A stretch of 64,000 nucleotides of DNA from Sarea resinae (lineage: Eukaryota). The first letter of the stretch is position 1; each line of letters opens with the position of its first letter. The notes below the pieces were generated by a model. The model was not told where the DNA came from and did not search any database. It worked only from the letters and a program-made list of their open reading frames with translations. Shown here piece by piece: positions 14,175 to 26,799 of the stretch. The stretch spans positions 62,001 through 126,000 of the forward strand of contig JAPEUD010000021.1 of NCBI GenBank assembly GCA_026026165.1, read 5' to 3'. A program made the position numbers and the translations under genes.

Positions 14175-16055
14175 CTATAAGATGAATCGGAATGAAGGGC
14201 CATAATTCTCCTCGGCCACTCCCACCTGTTTTGCCGCTGCTGTCGTCTGGTCACTCGCTTCCATATCCTCAGAGACCCCACCCGTAACGTTTGCTCTTCC
14301 CTCTAATCCCCCAGCTACGTTGACAGTCCCATATTTACGATCGAGCTGCTTGTTCTCCCAAGCGAGCAATTGACGAAGGGTCAATGCCAAAATCCCAGTG
14401 AAAAACATGAAAGCAGCGCAAGTATAGTGACCTTTGATATAGTTTGGGGCTTCATTCATGGGGTAGAGTCGCGTACCAAGCAGTGGGCCACATTGGCCGA
14501 CAATGTTGAGAATGGCGATACCGGTACCGCGGCGAGTATCACTGCCTTGATTGTCTATACAAGATGACGTGCGATTAGAACGTTCCGCGAAAAAAAAAAA
14601 GAAACAAGGAGAGCTTACTCAGCACCCATGGGAGAATGTTTGCAATGCCTGGAAAGACTCCCGCCGCGGCAAGAAAGACGGCGAAATATCTAGGCCCTGT
14701 TGTCTTTGTAGAGCCCAGGATGATATATCCAATACCACCAATCAATGAAAGAAAGGTTATCATCAGACCACGTTGCTTGGTGCGGTCAGCAATGTAGCAG
14801 GTTAGAATGGTGATTATCCAGGAAAGAAAGTAGGGAGGCGCCGTTAGGCCTTGAGCATTGATGGAGCTGAAGCCCATTTCGCTGAGGATGGTCGGGAGGA
14901 AGACAGGTAGAGATGAAAAGGAGACATTGCAACTGAAATACATGAGCTATAGATTATTAGTAGATGCGGAGGTGAGACTTCAAGGAACATACGGCAGTGA
15001 ACCAGTTCTGTATCGGTTGTCAGCTGTGTCATATCTTGAGACTAGTCGCCATACCTTTGCGTCCATGAGAGCCAAGCCAATGTCCTTGATATCAACACTT
15101 CCGGTCCTTTCAACTTGGCCAACTTGTCTTACTCCTCTAGCTTTCGCGATTTCTTTCTCTTCCGCGGTCAGAAATCGCGCCTTCTCTGGTGAGTCCGGCA
15201 GGAAAAAGAATGCCAACGGCGCCGCAAGAATCGTAGGCAATCCTTCCACGAGAAATAAGAGTCGCCAGCTGGCTATTTTAGCATGGCCAGATGTGATCCC
15301 ATAGGCAAGTGCGCCAGCAAATGTGTTGGCGAGAGGAGCAGAAGCCAAGAAAACGCCCGAGCGGAAACCGAGTTCGTGTCGGAGGTAGAAGAACGACAAC
15401 AAATAAGGAACGCCGGGCCCAAAGCCAGCTTCGGCGACGCCCAAGAAAAATCGACATGCCATCATGCCGGCCCAAGATTGGGTAGCCGATTGACAAGTTG
15501 CGATAATTCCCCTAGAGATTGTGAGCATCCGAGAGGGAGGTTGGCGAAAAGATAATCACTCACCAGCAAAGGACAATGAATGAAGCCCACATATGTGGCG
15601 GGACTATCTTCCACATGATGACCAAGAATTCGAAGACGACGTAGGTTATGTAGAATATCGTGAGAAGCCAGTCATAGCGGTTGCCGTGAAGTTGCAGATC
15701 CTTGGACATGCCAGCAATACGGGCATTGCTGGTGATGGTCAGTTTCCAATGGCTCGTTCTGCGCCGTCGGTACTCACCCGATATTTGATCGATCAAGAAA
15801 TGAGAGGAGATCTGGATGCTCGAGTCAGCTGTAGTCAATAACAAGCAATGAAGACTTACAAAGGAACGAGACCAAAGGCGGTATCCTCCAATCCATCTTT
15901 CTTACTACTCGTTTCTCATCTTCGGCAGAAAAGTGGTAGGGCTGTCGGACTTCCTCGCCGTCGGTCCCAACATTTTCCAGTCGGATTGCTTCGAGGTCCT
16001 TGACTTCATCGGTTGCTGAAGCAGACCGTTGCTTTTTCTGGTGGAATAAAGCCAT
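14175..16055 (-). CDS. MFS transporter, anion:cation symporter (Dal5/Tna1-like) family; substrate unknown
   Basis: EKRVVRKMDWRIPP...LSFLDRSNIG|NARIAG, RFFLGVAEAGFGPG, FYLRHELGFR, WRLLFLVEG, LPDSPEKARFLT, NQGSDTRRG and C-terminal FRFIL*. Several GT-AG introns, including those flanking a 15-nt microexon at 14993-15007. Confidence 0.92.
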
Positions 16056-17641
16056 CTTTCGCTGTGAAGGATTTCTGGGGAACTAAATCTTTGCTGTGAT
16101 GCAAAAGGGAAAGAAAAAGGGATTATGCCGGAGAGGCTGGTGAGCTCTAATAAAAAGCAGCTGAAAATCACACTCTGGAATGGGGCAACCCCGCCCGTAG
16201 GAATGAAGCGGCCTATGGAGCCAGATCCCGCGGCGAAGTAACACAACAGCTCCACCCCCATCCGGACCAACGATACGTGTGCATCCTGCTCCGTAGCGCG
16301 CCTGATTTCCATTATCGGGTAAATATCCTGTACTCGACATGTTCGTTAGAGGCGGTTGTGGCCTTAGGTGTCCGGCGGAGGCGTCCGGCATGCTCTGTTC
16401 TGTCAAACCGTCGAACCCCATGGGGTTTGGTGGTGGGGTTTCGACCGAGCTAGTGTACGCCACAACCTGGGGTCGGTCCTTTGGAGCGACGTGGTCAGCA
16501 TGAACGAACAAAGAGGAAATCATTGGTCGGCTCCGAAAGATCCTGAATTTATCCAGGCCGCTCAGGGTCCGCAAACATAGGACAAAGAACTAAATGGCGG
16601 ATCAGCGACGTGTATGCACAGAGTACGCAGTAGTATCGCGTGGTCAACGAAGATCCACTGCCCATCAATTCCCTGCAGCAGATCTGATCTTGGCAATCTT
16701 CCCCGCATTGTGAGCAGTGCACGATCCGAGGGCTACTTTAACCGTCGGATCACCGCCAGGCTACGGAACAAGTTTCTGTTTGGAGAGCGAGTACGCCGTG
16801 ACTGGGCCTGAAGCGACACCCGCAATTCGAGCTCGGAATATTGGTACCACGTTTAAGCGATCAACCCATGAACAGAATTTGACCGTCAAGAGCAGAAGGT
16901 CTTCAAATTGAAAAAGAAGTTCAGAGAGCAGCAAAGGTCAAGATCAGAAACAATGGCAGCAAACGCAAAGAAGCAAAACGAAGAACAGGATTCCACTCCT
17001 CCAGTGAAGAGTCAAGGCAGATGCTCTCAAGAGCAAGCCGTTGTTGTCATGTACCGCATCCATCTCAGTCTGTTCATCACGATATTTGAGGAGTCCAAAG
17101 ACTGATGGGGATATAAACAATGTATTGGTAAGGTTATAAGGACCTCATTGTGTCGTGATCCCTCTGAACACGCTCCTCGTGTGTGAGGGTCAAAGGGTCC
17201 GTTGTGGTGTTGCGGCGTTGTGATCCACTGGATGAGGTGAGCCGGTGACATCACACGCCTGACACTGACCATGACGCGCTGGCGGCTGTTGCCGGGCGCC
17301 TGGAGGGGCCCGTCGTGGCCAGTCACCACCCTCTTGCCCTCTTGCCAGTCTCCTGCTTTGCTTCTCTGACCGTCACGAAACCGCAAAAGAACTGCTTCAG
17401 CTATTTTCAGCAAGCGCCTCTTCTCGTTTCATGCCCAGATCAAACTACATTGTTTCAGCAGACTTGGACTGTTTCGTGAAGTATGCCCTTCTGCTCTGCT
17501 CTGTCAACAAGACCCTGATTCTGAACACGGGCGCGAGTTTCAACTCCATTACATTCCGAGACGTCAGGTTTCAAGACGGACTGCTGACAAGAATTGCATA
17601 GAGTACTATAAGAATCGAGCTCTTCATAGAGATATTTCAAA

Positions 17642-18950
17642 ATGTAAGCCGGTCTTCCTTTCATCTACTGCAATATTCTGCTATCGTTGCATTCCTTCTT
17701 TCCACATCGCCCAGGTGGCTGTTTTCGCGACTTCATTCCTTGTTCATCATGGCCATTCTGCCTCCTCCATACACACCTCGAAAGATGTCTCCCCCTTCGA
17801 GATCACGTTCGCTGAATGTAATGCCTACTGGTCAAAGGAATCGTTCACTTTCCGTCAGATCCAAGAAAGAAGGGTCCACCACCGGCGCCGCCCCGGAGAA
17901 GAGTGCTCCCAAGCATCGGTTCACCATGGCCACCCTGCGAGGCATTCAGCAACCAGAACTGAGCAAGAGGCTCTACAAGATTATCAAAAGCGAGAACCAC
18001 GCCATTAGCGCCTACGAATCTGCGGGCCGCGAACGGCTGGCCATTGCCTCTCAGCTGTCTGACTGGGGTGAGAGCACTGGTGACGACTCCATCTCCGATG
18101 TTGCCGACAAGCTTGGCGTTTTGCTTTCGGAGATCGGAGAGCAAGAGGACCTGTTTGCGCAAAACCTCGAGGATTACCGTGGAATCTTGAAGCAGATCCG
18201 AAACACCGAAAGCTCTGTGCAACCGACCCGGGACCACAAGACCAAGATCTATGAAGAGATTCAGAAGCTCAAGCACAAGGAGCCGACAAGCACGAAGATT
18301 GTTCAGCTCGAACAGGAGCTGGTGCGAGCCGAGGCGCAGAATCTGGTCGCAGAAGCGCAATTGACGAATATTGTACGTGTGTGTGCGAGTGTTGATGAGA
18401 TACCGCTAACGTCCTTGATCAGACCCGTCAGAAGCTCAAGGAAGCGTATGATATCCATTTTGCGGCTACGATTGAGCGTGCCGAGAAGCAACTCATCCTC
18501 GCCCGTCATGGCCGGCGTCTACTCAACCTCCTTGACGATACGCCGCTGGTGCCAGGTGATTCCCACCCACCGTTCGATCAGGCCCACCAAGCACGTGCTG
18601 TCTTGAACGATGCCGAGGATGATCTTCGAGAGTGGCTCCCAAGCTACGAGCCTATTCACAGCTCTGCCAAGGGCGTGGAGGCTGGGTTGTTGCCCACTGC
18701 AGCTGGTGGTATCGCTACAAGCTCTGCGGCAGGCACTCCACCTCGTGAGGGGACGAGCATCGCGGCTAGTACGATCCCTGAAGATAGTAACGCTTCTACC
18801 GTGGGAGAGTCGGAAGTCCATCCGGCATACCGAAAGAACAGCGGGAGTCGATCCCCTAGCGGAGGAAGGAGGATTGCCAGCGGCAGCTCGACCCAACAGC
18901 CACCGTACCCCGTGAGTGAAGCGGAGAGCCAACCCACAGCTACATTCTAG
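17642..18950 (+). CDS. Eisosome BAR-domain protein, Pil1/Lsp1 family (PilB-like); start codon probably split by the first intron
   Basis: QPELSKRLYKIIKSEN, QLSDWGE, DVADKLGV, IRNTESSVQP, LEQELVRAEA, EAQLTNI|TRQKLKEAY and IERAEK...LLNLLDDTP. AT at 17642-43 followed by donor GTAAGC; acceptor at 17837 gives MNRSLSVRS, like Pil1-family N-termini. Confidence 0.92.
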
Positions 18951-19516
18951 AAGTTTGCGGCTTTCGTCACGTGTAGACCTTTCTTTTCAAGTTCGTATGC
19001 ACGATTTCATTTGTTATTGGGCGTATCGCATAATTGTGTTCTGGCGGTAATGGAACGATTCCGAGGCATTTCTTTGGCTCTTGATGTAGCGACGATGAAA
19101 TGAAGCTTTCTGTCATCATGTGCATCTCGATTGGAAGACGTGATGACATTCAATGGAACGAAATTTAATTAAATCAGGTGAAATCAAATCACAAGAAACG
19201 AAAGCACCGATTGACTCGTGATGCTGCGCATGTTGGTGAGGTGTCTGTTCAGGTGAAGGCGTAGGCAGCCTAGGCATCTACTTGGTGTGGTTCTGACGCG
19301 GCGCGATACGGGAGCCGAATAGCTACGGAGGACCTTGGCTTCAGACAGCATCAAGCTCAACAGCAGCATCATCATCGCCATCACCACCACCATCACCATT
19401 ATCACTACAACAGCACAGCTTGTCAACACTACCATCTCCCTCATCTTCATCTCATTCTCCCTCTTTTTGATACATCTCCATCTCATCTTCTTCCTCGTCC
19501 ATCACCCTCGCCCGGC

Positions 19517-20634
19517 ATGGACAGCCTAGTATCGCAGTACAGCCGGCCAATGTACGAGGATGAAGGCTACTCGCAAGACGAACAGCTGGAGCTCTCCCAT
19601 GGAACACCTTCGATGAATCTGGAATTTGCATTACCTCCAATCGCACAGGTAAGCTCAACGTTATGCTTCTTCATGTCATTGCTGATACCTCTCGTCTCGA
19701 CAGCCCTCGGCCTTTTTGCGAGCAACGACCGATGATCACTCAAACCCCAGCTGTCCGATCAAGCTTGCCCACGGCACAACCACCCTCGCGTTCCGGTTCC
19801 AAGGCGGCATCATAGTTGCGACGGATTCGAGAGCTACGGCTGGCAACTGGATCGCCAGTCAGACGGTGAAGAAGGTTATTGAGATCAACAACTGTCTGCT
19901 GGGCACAATGGCTGGTGGAGCTGCGGTATGATTCACATAAAATGCGAGTCGAAGCTCGAGTCGCTGATATTTTTTGGTGGAACAGGACTGCCAGTACTGG
20001 CTGGCCTATCTGGGCATGCAATGTCGTCTTCATGAACTCAGACATAAGCGACGAATCTCGGTGGCGGCAGCATCCAAGATCCTTTCGAATCTGGTCTACT
20101 CGTACAAAGGCATGGGCCTCAGCATGGTAAGCGCTACGACTCACATTCGAGAGGGCAAGACTGACACGTTCTGCCCAGGGCACTATGTGCGCCGGTGTAA
20201 CTCCCCAAGAAGGCCCCGCGCTCTACTACATCGATTCCGACGGCACCCGACTAGCGGGCAATCTCTTCTGCGTCGGGTCCGGTCAGACATTTGCGTACGG
20301 TGTGCTGGATGCCGAATACAAGTATGATCTATCCGAGGAGGAGGCGCTGGAGTTGGGCAGGAGAAGTATCCTCGCTGCTACGCACCGAGATGCTTATTCC
20401 GGTGGTTTCATCAATCTGTATCACGTAAAGGAGGACGGATGGGTCAAGCACGGCTTCAACGTGAGTTTTTTTCCCTCTGTGCATCCCCGTCGATTCCTGT
20501 TTTGTGCTTTAGCACAGTCAATGGTAATGGGGCTAATCATCTTTATTTATACTCCATAGGACACCAACCCGATATTCTGGAAGACCAAGCTCGAGAAGGG
20601 CGAGTTTTCCAACGTCACCTCGGAGCTGGTATAG
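19517..20634 (+). CDS. PRE2: 20S proteasome beta5 subunit (chymotrypsin-like), with propeptide
   Basis: [55 protein letters not shown] and HRDAYSGG. Four canonical introns. Stop at 20632-20634. Confidence 0.97.
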
Positions 20635-21096
20635 TCTTGAAGTTTATAGATGGAGGCGGGGCTTCTTCTCATGAGCTTTTTTCGTTTCTTCGTCATAATT
20701 CGGCCCTTCATTTTGTACTTCTATCTGGAATGTTACATTACTTGTCTCGACCACTTTTCCGTGACCAATCTGATTGAGCTTGCCTGAGCTTGCCTGACCC
20801 GACCCGACCTGTCTTGACGTGACCAGTCCTGGCCCGATATGACCCGGCCCGACCTAATCCGTCCTGACGCGACTCAAGCCAGATAGATCACCGTGCATCG
20901 CGTCCTCGGTAGTACACGATATAGCCCCTCTTGAATTTCACTTTCACCTCGTGGCGGCAATGCGAAGCTTGAGGGAAACGATATATACGTAGCAGTAGCC
21001 TCGTGTGCCGTTTGAGTCGTGTTGTGTTGTGTCGTGTATGCATAGTATCTTCGTGAACAGAACGGCTTATATGCCTTTACCTTCACCTTCGGCTGC

Positions 21097-21136
21097 GTGC
21101 CTGCCTGCCTGCCTGCCTGCGTGTGTGTGTGTGTGT
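21097..21136. repeat. Compound microsatellite (CCTG)n followed by (GT)n
   Basis: Direct reading: tgcctgcctgcctgcctgcctgc gtgtgtgtgtgtgtgt. Confidence 0.9.
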
Positions 21137-21289
21137 GAGAGCGGGGTGGTGGATTCGTCGTGGTGGTGGTGGACTAGGTAGATTGGGTGGATGCGTGATT
21201 CGAGTGATTCGAGTGACCAGAGTGATTAGACTGACTAGACTGACCAGACTGATTAAGTTTTGGTGGTTGAAAAGTGGTAGTGATAGGTG

Positions 21290-22050
21290 GTAGTGGTGGG
21301 TATGGCTATATAGCTAGTATGGTTTAGGGTATGGGTTATAGTATGGCTATACGGTTTGCTATGCTATACTATGCTATGCTATACTATATATACGGAATAA
21401 AAGCTATAGCAACAGGTAGTATAGCTATACTATACTACATTATAGCTGGATATACCACTCTGTCTAAGAAACAGGAATTAGCAATAAGAAAACAGAGACT
21501 AGGGAACAGAGAACAACCAAAAACATGAATTCAAAAACAGGAATAGAGTAGGATAGGAACAGAAGAGCAGAGAGTGGTATATACCCTCTTTTTAGTTATT
21601 TGCTTATTTGTTTACTTGCTTATTGCGAGTGATAGTAGGGGTGGTGGTGGTAGCTAAACTCACGGGAATACAAGACTAGAGGGATAGAGGTATAGATATA
21701 TAGTGTTAGAGTGCAGTATTAAGGTGTAGTATTAGGGTGTATGGATAGGATAGGGATAAGGGTAGAGATAGTAGTATAGGGGTATACTCTGTAGTATCAG
21801 GATAGTACTAGGGGGTGGTATTAGGATAAAGTATGTAGTAAAGAGATAGGGATAGATTAACACAAGTATAGTAGAGGTTGGTATACGTTGGTATAGGTTG
21901 ATAACAGGTATGGTATTAGGGTATAGAAACGGGGTATGGTTATACAATAGAGGTATAGTATAGTAATGGTTTGCTCGTCTGTGTCTGCCTAAGCGTGTAT
22001 CTGGATCTGGATCTTTATTTGTATCTTCATCTTCATATTCTTCATCTATG
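21290..22050. other. AT-shifted, TpA-rich low-complexity tract (RIP-like signature)
   Basis: 21721-21780 has 12 TpA, no CpA and no C on the + strand. Degenerate units such as ggtatag and gctatactat recur. Confidence 0.7.
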
Positions 22051-22129
22051 GCTGTATCTACACCTGTATCGGTATACAAATCCCTCTCCCTCCAGTTCTC
22101 CTGATTCCGAGATGAGATGAGCTGTCAGA

Positions 22130-24307
22130 TCACAAGCTAGCTGGCTCAACGACCGTCTCGATCTTATACCCGAATCCGAGAAGTCCTTGCGCTGCTTTTT
22201 TGCGTTCCTCCTTGTTCCTGCTCTTGCTCTTCTCGTCTTCCTCGTCGCCGTCGTGTCCAGCAATGACGCTATTGGCATCTCCATCGACGTCGACGTAGAT
22301 CCAGCCTTTCTTCTTCTTGCCCAGTTTTTCTAGATTCTTGAAATTCTTCTCGAATGAGTCTCCTGTAGTAAATGGGTTTCGAGATGGAGAGGATGTGGTA
22401 GAGGTGGATTGCGGCGTCAGGATCGTTAGCCGGATCCCCATCGCTTCATCATCGGAGCTGTCATTTTTCTTCTCCTTCTTTTTCTGCTTTTGCTGCATGT
22501 GCGACACGGGAATCCACGAGGCGCGGAACGTTACGCGCGGCGACGGCGACGGTATTTCTTCCTCGTGAGGGGCGTGGATAGAAGAGGATGAGGGTGAGCC
22601 GACGCCTGAGCTCAAGCCAGCAGGATACACGTCCGCCACCAGCCTCGCCACGCGACCGACATAAGCGGCCCACCACGCGCGCTCGGCGCCCACGAGTTGC
22701 ACGAGCGAGGTCCTGAGCCGGGCATCCAGACCGCCGAGGTCGCTGCCATTGTTGTCGTCGCCGTCGTTGCTTATGTTGGTCTTGTTGTCGTCGTTGCTGT
22801 CGACGTCGTGGCGGGGGGGAGACAAGGAGCAGGACGAGTAGCGTGCGTAGAGCACGAGGGATAGGAAGGCGCGGTCGGTGTGGAGAAGGCCATGGATCGC
22901 GGCTAGGGAGCCCGTCAGGGGCGTGTGTAGCGCGCTAGCAGGCCGGAGGTCTTTGGGGTAGCTGGAGAGGGCGTGGAGATGGGTGGAGAGGATGGATAGG
23001 ATGGCTGACGGGAAGGGTGGGGATGGGTTGGCGGGGAGAGACGAGAGGAGGATGGTCGTTAGCAGGGAAGACGGGGAAGGTGGTGTAGAGGTAGACGAGA
23101 AAGGGGACGCAGGTGGCATCAGGGCGGCTACTTTCAGCGGATCCTGAGTTTGGATTTGCGCCGGCAGATCCCCATACAAAACACCCTCCCTGACACCCCC
23201 TTGGCAGAACTGCACGGCGTCGATACGAGGCAGAGCCTCGACGAGGGCCGAGATCAGGAACGCCACCGCGGGCACTTGATCGGCACGCCGCTGCGAGACG
23301 CGGAATACCGGCTGTGCAGAGGCCATCGAGGCAGAGGACGATGCCTTATGCGCCGTTTTCGCCACGGAGACCGTGTCCGTGAAGGCCGCCCGCGTCACCC
23401 GGAAGCCGTTGATCGTCGGAATTGGGTACGGCTGCAGCGGATGCCGCGCCATGAGGAGGTAGCCCCAGCCGCGGAAGCCACCGCCGGAGAGATACAGAGT
23501 CAGGCCGGCTTGGTCGTCGATATCGGCGGTGGGGACGTGCAGGGCGGCGTAGGCGGAGCGGAAGGCGGCTAGGAGTTCGGCATGGAGCTGCTCACGGCTG
23601 GAGCTGGAGCTGGAGTTGCCATCTGCTTCTGCGAGACGCCGGGTCAGGGCTGCCGCACCGTAAGGGAGCGAGACGGAATTTGTCGTGGTGGTGGCTTTGC
23701 TGTCACCCTTGCCGTTGCCGTTGCCGTCGCCGTCGCCGCCAACCGCCATCCATGTCAGTTGTGTCGAGCCGCCGCCGAGATCCATGACCAGGCCATTGAT
23801 TGAGGGTGACGAGGAGGCGACGCCTAGGGCACCGACGCGGCCCTCGTCTTCTTTGGAGAGGATGGTCACGGTCCAGTCCGTAGCATCTTCAATGGCGCCG
23901 ATGAACTCGGCCGCATTGAGCGCGGTGCGCGTGGCTTCTGTTGCGTAGATGGAGACGTTCTCGGGCTGGCGCACGCCAAAGTCGGTGCAGATAGCTTTGA
24001 AGCGGACGAGGGCGGTGGTCACGGATGCGATGGTGGTGGCCGGGATGGGGGTTCGCGCGCTGGTTGGGCTTAGATATTGCGCGCTGTAGAGGGAGATGCC
24101 GGCACGGTCTTGGAAGACGGTTGGCAGGACGCGGGCCAGGTGGGGCGAGACGTCTGTGATGGAGAAGCGGATGCCATTGCTGCAGTAGGTAGTTAGCAGA
24201 TGCCATTGTGGATGGACTTGGAGATCGATCTTTTTCTTTCCTTACCTGCCCATGTCGACTACGGCCCGGTAGTTGGGATTGTAACGGGGGCGCTGTGATA
24301 TGTCCAT
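22130..24307 (-). CDS. RTG2: Retrograde regulation protein 2 (Ppx/GppA-like ASKHA fold)
   Basis: AVVDMGS|NGIRFSITD...ARVLPTVFQDRAGISLY, ATEATR.A.N, EGRVGALG, MDLGGGSTQLTW, SLPYGAAALT, LYLSGGGFRGWGY, VSQRRADQVPAVAFL and GGVREG. One intron near 24182-24245. Confidence 0.95.
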
Positions 24308-24666
24308 GGCGGGCGTCAGAATTGAGTGACGGTGGTTGTTTCGTGAGGATGAAGCATCCACGGATGTCTGGTCATGAAGCTGCAAGAGAAAAGTCCATGG
24401 AGTTCATGGCGGGGTATGTTCTTGCAGCAGTGGTACGAGGGAGCCAGGATCGAGATCGAGAACGACATGGAGAACGAGGTCGAGGGCAGCCATTGACGTG
24501 GAATTCATGGTGTCCAGTCACAGTCACACCAGCCATTGCATCGTATTGGATTGGATTGGATTGAGATTGTTGTATCGAGGTGACGATGAGCACATGGTGA
24601 TCCATTATTGATGGTCAACTGCATCGTCGATCACTGCATTCAAGCATCGTCATCACGAACGCCCCT

Positions 24667-24728
24667 CACATCGCCATCGCCATCACCATCGCCATCACCA
24701 TCGCCATCACCATCACCATCACCATCAT
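24667..24728. repeat. (CATCGC/CATCAC)n microsatellite in the RTG2-THI4 divergent intergenic region
   Basis: Direct reading of the repeated catcgc/catcac units. Confidence 0.85.
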
Positions 24729-25249
24729 TGACCCTGACACCAAGGTAGTCACAGCTCAAGGCCCAGCAGTCACACACACCCTCCCACTACTATCCACCCT
24801 AATTCTCCCCCCTCTCCCAATCCTCCCAATTGACAAAGGACGATGTCATCTCTTCCCAACGGGTGGGGCAACTGACGAGTGGTGGTGCCCCGCATCACTG
24901 GTACTCTCTCGTACCATCCCCATGCGAGTAATACCATTAGCCCTAATGCTTACTTCGTAGTACGGCCTTTCATATGACACTACTTAAACCACTCCGACCC
25001 CTCTTTATCACTCATCCCCTCGACACATCTTCATCCCACCTGATTCAATTCGATCCATTCGATCCATTCTTCACTTCCACAGTACAGACAGTAATCTTCT
25101 TCCCCCTCTCTCCCCCTCCATCTAGACTGACCATCTCGCAGATCACTGCCGTCGAGATGTAATTCACCCAAGATGAGGGGAATCATGGCCTCTACTCGCT
25201 GGGATGCTATTATCCCGCCTTGATCAAAACTCTCAGGTAATTTCTGATA

Positions 25250-25434
25250 CATGAACCGGTGTTCGGTCTCCCTTAGCTTCCAATGACTCGGTCATCCACC
25301 ATGTACATCTGCTCGATCCGTTTCCAGCGGGCGAGCAGATAGTAGATGAGATGGCCGAGCTTGGCCCGGCTGGAGACACGTTCTGAGATTATACGGTTGC
25401 ACTTGATCTGGATAATACCAGCGAAAGGATCATG
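25250..25434 (+). ncRNA. TPP riboswitch aptamer in the THI4 5'-UTR intron
   Basis: P1 CAUGA (25250-54) pairs with UCAUG (25430-34); ACCGGUG...CUGAGA (25383-88)...UACGGU; P4/P5 UUGAUCUGGAUAAUACCAGCGAAAGG (25403-28). Branch point ACTGAC (25461) and acceptor CAG (25473-75) sit just before the THI4 ATG at 25481. Confidence 0.96.
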
Positions 25435-25465
25435 CCTCCCCCTTTTTGAACGCCCCCCAGACTGA

Positions 25466-26500
<1,035 letters not shown>

Positions 26501-26799
26501 TGTGGTGGCTGGTTTGCGGTTGCCTGACTTGCCCATCTTCTTATAATCTGCTTGCGTTTATCTTTTCCATCAAGAAACCCGGTCATTACAAACATGCCAA
26601 TTGCCGCGTCCCGTGTTTGCTTGGATGCTTGCCTGCTTGCTTGATTGATTGATCGATCGATCGATTGGCTCTGGCGGGCAACAAACAAACAAACAAACCA
26701 ACCAACCAACGACAGAAACAGACAAAAACAGAAAAGTAGATACAAAAAAATAAAAACCCCCACTATCTTTAATCGCGACATCTAGATCCACCTCATCCA

